Source of the DNA: a virus
Lineage: Duplodnaviria; Caudoviricetes
Virus record (IMG/VR): IMGVR_UViG_3300021138_000149
Location: 1-26,008 of that record
DNA: 26,008 bases
Reading direction: 5' to 3' (one strand)
Position 1 is the stretch's first letter; each line of letters starts with the position of its first letter. The notes beneath the pieces are model-generated. The model was given only the letters and a program-made list of their open reading frames with translations, did not search any database and was not told the origin of the DNA. The position numbers and the translations under genes were made by a program. Of the stretch, positions 1 to 5,948 are shown piece by piece.

Positions 1-92
1 ATAGTGCAATCAGGGCATGGCATACCAAGTCTTTGCTTGCGTTCTTTTTTGTATGCTTTCCATTCATTAAATATTTCAGCCATATCACCCAT
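1..92 (-). CDS. Small early protein, truncated by window edge (MGDMAEIFNEWKAYKKERKQRLGMPCPDCT...), CxxC motif
   Basis: Own translation; ATG at 92 overlaps the end of the upstream gene; CPDC suggests a Zn-binding motif. Confidence 0.6.
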   Translation of the reverse strand, partial: MGDMAEIFNEWKAYKKERKQRLGMPCPDCT

Positions 93-312
93 TATTTTGT
101 CCCCTTGCTCGAATTTTTTCCGCAATGATTTCAGAATAATTACGCTCTATTCCCTCAGCATATTCATCCGCCACTTTTGCACATTCCTCACGTTCTCTTG
201 CTTTGACTGCGTTAGCAACTCTAAGCCAAGCATTATCAGGAACCCAATTCTCAATACCACCTTCATGTAAACCCATGTCGGTCATCAGTTGCATTAGTTC
301 TTGATTAGTCAT
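85..312 (-). CDS. Small phage hypothetical protein (EREECAKV...IRARG family), 75 aa
   Basis: ORF track 85..387, start moved to MTNQELM (ATG 312, AGGAG upstream); ERE.CAKV and IRARG motifs are common in small phage proteins. Confidence 0.75.
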   Translation of the reverse strand: MTNQELMQLMTDMGLHEGGIENWVPDNAWLRVANAVKAREREECAKVADEYAEGIERNYSEIIAEKIRARGQNNG

Positions 313-412
313 CTTTATGCTCCTGAATGAAAGCCCATGCCAAGAATGCTGCAACGATGAATACAGCGATAGCACCGCCAAGAGCAAGCGCCCATATCAA
401 TGCGTCAGTCAT
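305..412 (-). CDS. 35-aa single-pass membrane peptide (MTDALIWALALGGAIAVFIVAAFLAWAFIQEHKDD)
   Basis: Own translation; fills the gap exactly, overlapping both neighbours by 8 nt; about 25 hydrophobic residues then a charged tail. Confidence 0.7.
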   Translation of the reverse strand: MTDALIWALALGGAIAVFIVAAFLAWAFIQEHKDD

Positions 413-584
413 TTTTCATCCTTTGCTTTAGCATTGCATCAGCCACGCGGTAAGCGTCTTCAGCGTCCTCAGCGTAATTCGTCTCAGGGTTGTTTACAAA
501 CACAGGTAGTACCTCAATCGCGATGTAGTCGCGGAGCGACAAGTCACACACGAGGGGGTTGTAAATTGGATCACGCAACGGCAT
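405..584 (-). CDS. Small phage protein, SLRDY...AY..ADAML family, 59 aa
   Basis: Start moved to MPLRDP (ATG 584, GAGGAG upstream); motif LSLRDYIA...AYRVADAMLKQR. Confidence 0.8.
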   Translation of the reverse strand: MPLRDPIYNPLVCDLSLRDYIAIEVLPVFVNNPETNYAEDAEDAYRVADAMLKQRMKND

Positions 585-849
585 TTGTACTCTCCTCAAC
601 TGTGGTTTCAACTTCTTCGTCGCTTGGATTGACCGACATGTCATATTCGATTTCGGCCTCTTCAGGCTCAGCGTCAGCTGCCCCTATCAACGCGTCAGCC
701 ATCTGGTAAGCCCAAGCTGCCGTGCCCTCGGTGTTGAGCGTTTCGTTTTCGCGCAGTGAGCTAACCATTCCATGCATCGCAACAAGGGCTGCCAAGTCGC
801 GGAAGGACAGATTAGATACACTTTCAATCAGAACTTTCGGGTTTAACAT
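571..849 (-). CDS. Small phage protein, paralogue of 405..584 with acidic tail, 92 aa
   Basis: LSFRDLAALVAMHGM...AYQMADALI; GAGGAG SD upstream. Confidence 0.8.
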   Translation of the reverse strand: MLNPKVLIESVSNLSFRDLAALVAMHGMVSSLRENETLNTEGTAAWAYQMADALIGAADAEPEEAEIEYDMSVNPSDEEVETTVEESTNAVA

Positions 850-857
850 ACAACTCC

Positions 858-974
858 TCAGGGTTTAAGAACGAACAAAAGATAGTAAAAGAGTGGGCCA
901 AAGAAGAGCCCTGCCAACACGATAGCCATCAGGATATCGGTTAGGATTGCGGTGAGCTTAGAACTGGTCATCAT
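858..974 (-). CDS. 38-aa membrane peptide (MMTSSKLTAILTDILMAIVLAGLFFGPLFYYLLFVLKP)
   Basis: Own translation; GGAGG SD upstream; fills the gap between neighbours; long hydrophobic stretch. Confidence 0.7.
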   Translation of the reverse strand: MMTSSKLTAILTDILMAIVLAGLFFGPLFYYLLFVLKP

Positions 975-1191
975 CTAGGTCCTCCATAACTTGCATTGCA
1001 GCACGCTCAAGCGTCGCTAGTGTTTCTTCGTTAAGCATGTCAGTCATGTCGACGGTCAAGAACTTGACGGACTCGATGTAAATGTAGGCGGGGATATAGG
1101 GCTCATCGCGCCCATCGCCCGTCGCGCTTTCATAACCGAACTCAACCTCAAGGAACTGGTCGGTGTTTGGGAGTTTGTAACTGAATTTCAT
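958..1191 (-). CDS. Small acidic hypothetical protein, 77 aa
   Basis: ORF track; 4-bp ATGA overlap with the upstream gene. Confidence 0.75.
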   Translation of the reverse strand: MKFSYKLPNTDQFLEVEFGYESATGDGRDEPYIPAYIYIESVKFLTVDMTDMLNEETLATLERAAMQVMEDLDDDQF

Positions 1192-1505
1192 ACAGCGTTC
1201 GCCTTTCCAATCTCGTCAAAGACTAGGTAATAAGCATGGATGCTTTTACCGCCCACGTGCCATTCTTTGATGTCTTGAACTGGAAGGCCACGGTCGCCGT
1301 TGTAGTTGATGCCGTCTTTGTAGTTGTAAATGGTCGCTACGGTGCCGTCATCGAAGCGGATATGCCATTCAGCGTCGGTCTTGTCAAAGCCCTCAGTGGG
1401 CTCGCCAAAGGTCTTAACGATCGCGTCATAGTCGCGCTTGATGATGCCCATCAAACCGCAACCCGCTGTGTAGATATCAAGTGTGGCGTGCGTTTGAAAG
1501 TTCAT
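1188..1505 (-). CDS. Conserved-looking phage hypothetical protein (DKTDAEW...ATIYNYKDG...EWHVGG), 105 aa
   Basis: ORF track; TAATG coupling to the upstream gene; GAGG SD. Confidence 0.8.
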   Translation of the reverse strand: MNFQTHATLDIYTAGCGLMGIIKRDYDAIVKTFGEPTEGFDKTDAEWHIRFDDGTVATIYNYKDGINYNGDRGLPVQDIKEWHVGGKSIHAYYLVFDEIGKANAV

Positions 1506-1774
1506 TACACCACCTCGTCAATTTGACCCATGATATCCTCAAGCGAGGAAATGACGTCGTCTATGTTGCTAGACGCGTCGTCAAGAGTGTTTATACCTGC
1601 TTCCATGTTTTGGCCACGGTCAGCCTGCTGAAGCCCCTCGGGCATATTATCAAAGGCTTCGTGCTCAGCGTTGATCACGCCCTCAAGTTCGTCTTTGGCG
1701 TTACTCAACTCACCTAAAGCGAGTTCGATTCTGGAGCGGATTTCGGCTAGTTCTTTGCGGCGTGTGTCATTCAT
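1505..1774 (-). CDS. Helical phage protein (RRK...E.EAFDNMPEGLQ..DRGQ.ME family), 89 aa
   Basis: ORF track; GAGGAG SD; first gene after a promoter cassette; heptad-like amphipathic pattern. Confidence 0.85.
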   Translation of the reverse strand: MNDTRRKELAEIRSRIELALGELSNAKDELEGVINAEHEAFDNMPEGLQQADRGQNMEAGINTLDDASSNIDDVISSLEDIMGQIDEVV

Positions 1775-1884
1775 TGTTTTCTCCTCGGAGTGAAGTTGTT
1801 AAGAGTTATAAGTTGTTTGCTTATGAGTTTATTATAAGTGGGTCTAGGTCGCGTGGCTAATTGTATTAACTAAACACGCGGACC
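1775..1884 (-). promoter_or_regulatory. Early promoter-leader cassette 1
   Basis: TATAAT on minus strand at 1831-1836; imperfect inverted repeat 1847-1884 over the -35 region; leader AGCAAACAACTTATAACT shared with cassette 3. Confidence 0.75.
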
Positions 1885-1896
1885 GAATTGATAGTT

Positions 1897-2097
1897 TTAG
1901 GCTATCACCTCATACTCCTTGCCAAGGTCTTTAGACAGCTGGGCGTATACCGTTTTACGGTTGCCCTTGTAGCCCATCTTCTTGAGGATAGCCAAGGCTG
2001 AAGAGCGAAACTTGAGCCCTTGGATCTCGAGCTTTAGCATCTTGTGCAAGGTGAGCATTCTGAATAGCTCGATGTTGTCAGGTCCTGTGATCATCAT
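1897..2097 (-). CDS. Small basic hypothetical protein, 66 aa
   Basis: ORF track; GGAG SD; tight packing. Confidence 0.75.
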   Translation of the reverse strand: MMITGPDNIELFRMLTLHKMLKLEIQGLKFRSSALAILKKMGYKGNRKTVYAQLSKDLGKEYEVIA

Positions 2098-2099
2098 GT

Positions 2100-2333
2100 T
2101 TATACTCCTAGTGCGTAGTTACGAAGTGCGCGAACGTAAGGCTTGTACTGCCCTCTGCCGTGGTTCTTTGCGTTGTTGTGCCAAGCCACCACGATGGTGC
2201 CTGAGGGCTTGATGCCTAGAAAGCGACCCTTGGAGGAGGGCTCTCCTGCATAGACCCATTGTCCTGGCTGAAGATTAGGCAGTAGGTACTGACCGTAAGG
2301 GCTCCAGATGTCGAGTGCTTTGCGGAATTTCAT
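2100..2333 (-). CDS. Hypothetical protein (LQPGQWV...GRFLG), 77 aa
   Basis: ORF track; AAGGAG SD; 4-bp overlap with the upstream gene. Confidence 0.75.
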   Translation of the reverse strand: MKFRKALDIWSPYGQYLLPNLQPGQWVYAGEPSSKGRFLGIKPSGTIVVAWHNNAKNHGRGQYKPYVRALRNYALGV

Positions 2334-2554
2334 GTGAGTGCTCCTTCAAGTAAAACGAGTGAAGCCTCAACGTTCAAGAAATCACGATGGATAAGACGAA
2401 CTTCGTAGAAGCTTTTAGCGTCAGTTTCGTGTGCACGGCGCATGTAGCGCTCGTCGCCCATGATAGTTGTCGTTACGAAGCCGTCTTTTAAGTAGTGTGC
2501 AGCGCCCTCGGCAATACACGAAAAACCTTTAGTTTCTATGCGTATGGATTTCAT
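2330..2554 (-). CDS. Hypothetical protein, 74 aa
   Basis: ORF track; AAGGAG SD; ATGA overlap. Confidence 0.75.
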   Translation of the reverse strand: MKSIRIETKGFSCIAEGAAHYLKDGFVTTTIMGDERYMRRAHETDAKSFYEVRLIHRDFLNVEASLVLLEGALT

Positions 2555-2814
2555 GCTAGTTCTCCTTCTGTTTGTAGGTCAGACATTCTAGCCAAGCGAC
2601 CATAGCTATCAATGCTGTGTTCAATTTGCTTGACGGTAGGAACCATTGAACCGCTGTAGTCAGTCCACTGCCTGCAAAGTCTAGTACCTTCGAACCAAAT
2701 GAGCAGGATGTTTAAGTTGAGCCGTGAGGCCACGGTATAGACCTGAGCGTTGGGTGCTGTGGTGCGTACGATGAGCTGACCGTAATAGAATTCGGAAGAT
2801 TTGATGTGTTTCAT
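2551..2814 (-). CDS. Hypothetical protein starting MKHIK, 87 aa
   Basis: ORF track; AAGGAG SD. Confidence 0.75.
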   Translation of the reverse strand: MKHIKSSEFYYGQLIVRTTAPNAQVYTVASRLNLNILLIWFEGTRLCRQWTDYSGSMVPTVKQIEHSIDSYGRLARMSDLQTEGELA

Positions 2815-2975
2815 GAAGGTTCTCCTTAAAGTGGTGATATATCTGCTTTTGTTAATTTGCCAAGGCGAACCATGCCTTCAGCCCATTCGACTCGCTTTAG
2901 TCGGTAGAGCCAATCAGGTTCTCCACGCATTTGTAACCTGAACTGGGGCTTGATGTGTTTCATGAAGGTTCTCCT
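2801..2975. repeat. 26-bp exact direct repeat TTGATGTGTTTCATGAAGGTTCTCCT (2801-2826 and 2950-2975)
   Basis: Read directly; on the minus strand it is the SD plus the first codons (MKHIK) of two adjacent genes. Confidence 0.95.
2826..2963 (-). CDS. 45-aa protein MKHIKPQFRLQMRGEPDWLYRLKRVEWAEGMVRLGKLTKADISPL
   Basis: Own translation; GAGGAG SD; fills the gap; same start cassette as the downstream gene. Confidence 0.75.
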   Translation of the reverse strand: MKHIKPQFRLQMRGEPDWLYRLKRVEWAEGMVRLGKLTKADISPL

Positions 2976-2985
2976 CGGAGGTTGA

Positions 2986-3177
2986 TTAAAGAGCTAGCTC
3001 GGCTTGCTTGACGGTGATGGCGTAGCCTAGAGCCTTGATGCCCTTGATTGCGCTAGCAGTGAGAGTGGTTGTAGAGGCGATAGCAGCGAAGGCTTTGGCA
3101 GCAGGGCACACGGGGTAAACGACCTGCTTGCCGTATACGTCTTTGATTTCTACTGTGATTTGAAGTGATGATGTCAT
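2986..3177 (-). CDS. Small phage protein (IKDVYG...YPVC..AK.FA family), 63 aa
   Basis: ORF track; GAGGA SD; first gene after promoter cassette 2. Confidence 0.8.
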   Translation of the reverse strand: MTSSLQITVEIKDVYGKQVVYPVCPAAKAFAAIASTTTLTASAIKGIKALGYAITVKQAELAL

Positions 3178-3303
3178 GGTGTTTTCCTCAGAAAAGTTAA
3201 GAAGTTATGTTGTATGGTGTTTTTAGCACCATGAGGTTATTATAAATCATTTCGTTAACGAAAGGGCGAAAATAACGATTGTATATTTTAATCGTTATCT
3301 CGC
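3178..3303 (-). promoter_or_regulatory. Early promoter-leader cassette 2
   Basis: TATAAT on minus strand at 3239-3244; palindrome TTTCGTTAACGAAA 3250-3263; strong inverted repeat 3266-3303; 5' hairpin ATGGTG/CACCAT; A/C-rich leader. Confidence 0.75.
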
Positions 3304-3314
3304 TCACGATAGTC

Positions 3315-3476
3315 TCAGCCTAACGAGTCGGTTTTCGACCAGAATATATCACGCACATTGCGGTCCCTGGACAGACGAGTGAGCGTGGCTTGGAGTTGCT
3401 TGACGGTGCACTCAATGGCTCGTTGCTCGTGGTGATCGCCGTGTGTGCGTACGATGAATGTGATCTTGTAATGCAT
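3315..3476 (-). CDS. 53-aa protein MHYKITFIVRTHGDHHEQRAIECTVKQLQATLTRLSRDRNVRDIFWSKTDSLG
   Basis: Own translation; TAATG coupling and AAGGAG SD. Confidence 0.7.
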   Translation of the reverse strand: MHYKITFIVRTHGDHHEQRAIECTVKQLQATLTRLSRDRNVRDIFWSKTDSLG

Positions 3477-3823
3477 TACTGTGCTCCTTCAGTTTCTGTT
3501 ATGAAGCGCTGAGCGCTTTCTATGTCTCTTTTAAGACCGTCTATGGTGATCTTGTAATCGATGCGGGCTACGCGCTTCTTGTGTAGGAGGTTCATTAGAC
3601 TGTCGGTGTAGTAGTGGTTTAAGATGCCGTAGGCGATGATGGCGCCTGTTTTGGCCTTGCCTTCGTCAACGAGTGCGTCAATGCGTGCGTCCATGGCTTT
3701 CTTCTGAACATACAAGCCGTTCGGGTTGAAGTAATGAAACCTCACGCAGTCCTTGTACGTCCAGGAGGGCTGGGTTTCAGTGGCGCGTTCTGTGACGAAT
3801 TGGTAGAATTTGGAAAGTGACAT
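3476..3823 (-). CDS. Hypothetical protein, 115 aa
   Basis: ORF track; co-oriented in the early cluster. Confidence 0.7.
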   Translation of the reverse strand: MSLSKFYQFVTERATETQPSWTYKDCVRFHYFNPNGLYVQKKAMDARIDALVDEGKAKTGAIIAYGILNHYYTDSLMNLLHKKRVARIDYKITIDGLKRDIESAQRFITETEGAQ

Positions 3824-3841
3824 GATTTCAGGGCTCGTCAG

Positions 3842-4072
3842 TTATGCTTCTACTTTTTGAATTGTCACGACGCAACCGTAAGTGCTTACACCGCGAACAC
3901 AATTCAAATCGTCAAAAGTGGGTGGGTTGTCCAAGTGATAAAACTGATCAGCGATGGCGCACTCAACGCTGTAGCCGAGCATATGTTGGAAGCGCTCTAG
4001 AGCAGCCTTCTTGGTCTTGTAAACACGCTTGTCAGATCCGTCGACGTCTCTTGTAGTTACGATGTATTGCAT
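3842..4072 (-). CDS. Hypothetical protein, 76 aa
   Basis: ORF track; GAGGAG SD. Confidence 0.75.
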   Translation of the reverse strand: MQYIVTTRDVDGSDKRVYKTKKAALERFQHMLGYSVECAIADQFYHLDNPPTFDDLNCVRGVSTYGCVVTIQKVEA

Positions 4073-4102
4073 TTGGCTCTCCTCGGAGGTTAGTTTAAGG
4101 GT

Positions 4103-4312
4103 TTAGGCGTTCAAAGTGTTTAGTGTTGCGTGCAAGTCGTCATACCAAGTGTTGGCGTTCAGCTTTAATAATTTGGCTACCTTGCGCTCAGCGTTCTTCC
4201 AATAGCAAAGACGCAACCAAGCGTCAGTGTAGCGAGTAGCTGGTCCGTCAATATGGAAAACGCCGTCAGCGTTCTTAACGACGACTTGGTATTTGTAAAT
4301 TGGTGCTGTCAT
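4103..4312 (-). CDS. Hypothetical protein, 69 aa, first gene of the leftward cluster
   Basis: Start moved to MTAPIYK (ATG 4312, AAGGA SD). Confidence 0.75.
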   Translation of the reverse strand: MTAPIYKYQVVVKNADGVFHIDGPATRYTDAWLRLCYWKNAERKVAKLLKLNANTWYDDLHATLNTLNA

Positions 4313-4446
4313 TTGTGTTTCCTTCAAGTTGTTAGTTATAAGTTGTTTGCTGCGGTGCTTATTAGCGCCTAGGAGTTAATTATAACCTAAAAGGGGCTTG
4401 CGCGCTAGGTTTTTAGCGTTTTATTAACGGTATTAATAAATACAAT
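4313..4446 (-). promoter_or_regulatory. Early promoter-leader cassette 3
   Basis: TATAAT on minus strand at 4379-4384; 18-bp leader 4334-4351 identical to 1804-1821; inverted repeat TTTATTAA/TTAATAAA 4420-4440. Confidence 0.75.
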
Positions 4447-5061
4447 GATGACGAGTGGCTTGTGGGCTACGGTTATGGCTGAAAGGGTGGTTTTGATAGG
4501 TTTTGGCTATTACGTTGAGTGGTGGGTCTCGAGGTGCGTTTTAAATTTTCTCTTAACACTATCGGCAAGGGTGCTAGCACGGAACGATAGAGGACGTTTT
4601 AGAAGGCAGGGTACGAGGTCGTTCGATCGGTGGCGTGTTAAGGGGTTAGCCGAGGGTCAAATCGCGGAACGATAGAGGAAGCGGGAGTGTGGACGGTGGG
4701 GTGAGAGGGGTAAGGCGCGTGGGGAGTGTCGACTGGGGAGCTATAATAGGGCATTGCAAGGAAGCTAGGAAGGTAGTGCAGTTGCCTGGCTGTTTGGGGG
4801 TCGGCGGTCTTAGGGGCGTCGATCCCTGTTTTTTGCCTAAAATTGAGGGGGTGTTGGAGTTAAAACTAAAGGCTTATGGTGGTGGGTGTGGTGTTAGGGA
4901 TATAGGGATGTAGGTGGCACCCCCTCTATATATTACTATTTTGGTAGTTGTGACTAAACCTTTAGTTTTAATTTAGCTATTTCTCTATAATTTTCTCTAT
5001 ATCTTATTTAAATATATCCCTAGTTTCCTAATAAAAGAAGCCCTCTCCCCGAGAAAGGTAG

Positions 5062-5185
5062 TTAGGGATGGTGCTAGCAATGGGTTAGCAATGTTAGCAA
5101 TGGTGCTTAGGGTTAACCCTAACACTTTGAATAACCACGTTACTACAAGGCTAACATTGCTAGGCCATTGCTAACACATCCCTAA
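5062..5185. repeat. About 36-bp inverted repeat (5062-5098 / 5150-5185) enclosing the perfect palindrome TTAGGGTTAACCCTAA (5107-5122)
   Basis: Arms align with 3 mismatches and 1 indel. Confidence 0.9.
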
Positions 5186-5277
5186 GATTTTGAAACTAAA
5201 ACTTTTGTATTATAGTTTTACCTCTGGTGGGGTGAAGCTTTTACGCTCCGCGGACCCCAGTCGTACTAAGACGGCGT

Positions 5278-5287
5278 AGGTTATAAT
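5278..5287 (+). promoter_or_regulatory. Putative -10 box (AGGTTATAAT) for the packaging operon
   Basis: TATAAT 5282-5287, about 30 nt before the terS start; no good -35. Confidence 0.55.
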
Positions 5288-5318
5288 AGGATCATTTGAC
5301 TCTCGAAGGAGACTCGCC

Positions 5319-5807
5319 GTGTACGATGAAAACCCGCTGAACATGGACATGGAGCAAGTGGAAGACTGGCTCGCTGCCAAATACCCTGCACCAATAATGG
5401 AGGAGGACGAAGAGTATACCGACTTCATGCAGCGCCAAGCTCAATATGCGCAGTACTACAATTCAGTCCAGTCCAGGAAGGCCGAACTAGAGCTCCAGCA
5501 GAAGCAGCTGCTCATCCCGCTTCCACCTGTGGGTGAAGATATCGCTGCCGTCATTGACTGGGTGCAGGCCACGGGGGCTACGCCCGTCGAGACGCTGACG
5601 CAGATCTACCGAAGCAAGAGCGAGCGGACGGCAGACAGGATCAATGCTGCGAAGGCAGTCATGGACCTCGTCCACCGCAGGATGCCGTCAGTGAGCGAGG
5701 TCATCACGCACGACGCAGGAGACGACGAGGAGCACCTGAACATGCTGCGGAAGATCGAGTCTCTGCTCATCTCCGACAAGGCGTCCTCTATACGCCGTAT
5801 CGCATGA
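5319..5807 (+). CDS. terS: Terminase small subunit (putative)
   Basis: Directly upstream of TerL; helical DRINAAKAVMD motif typical of TerS oligomerisation region; GTG start with AAGGAG SD. Confidence 0.65.
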   Translation: MYDENPLNMDMEQVEDWLAAKYPAPIMEEDEEYTDFMQRQAQYAQYYNSVQSRKAELELQQKQLLIPLPPVGEDIAAVIDWVQATGATPVETLTQIYRSKSERTADRINAAKAVMDLVHRRMPSVSEVITHDAGDDEEHLNMLRKIESLLISDKASSIRRIA

Positions 5808-5948
5808 CTCGCTGGTGCACCATTGACCACGCTGTGCTCGGCGCACTGAGGACTGCTGGCGTAAGAGCAGGCTCCCAGATCGTTCCCGGAGCTCGTCTGG
5901 CTGCCCCACCATTGAGACGACCACGATGAGCGCTGAGAGGACTTTCGC

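Larger units (their letters stand above)
4447..5300. other. Noncoding divergent region; candidate replication origin and/or genome-end region
   Basis: No credible ORFs; G-rich plus strand to about 4920; AT-rich tract about 4925-5035; TAGGGAT and TAGCAATG repeats; nested inverted repeats. Confidence 0.55.

Noticed and set aside
4-4056. Plus-strand ORFs over the early cluster (4..270, 317..709, 1236..1526, 1481..1717, 1982..2212, 3844..4056)
   Set aside because: Antisense shadows of tightly coupled minus-strand genes that have SD sites; no recognisable motifs
4445-4913. ORFs 4445..4675 and 4689..4913
   Set aside because: G/V/R-biased translations reflect the G-rich noncoding strand; no convincing SD or family motifs
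4810-5185. TTAGGG words as telomeric repeats or a protelomerase site
   Set aside because: Copies are scattered, not tandem; the perfect palindrome is only 16 bp and no protelomerase gene is in the window
5062-5185. CRISPR array
   Set aside because: Repeats are 7-8 bp words or inverted arms with no regular repeat-spacer period; no cas genes
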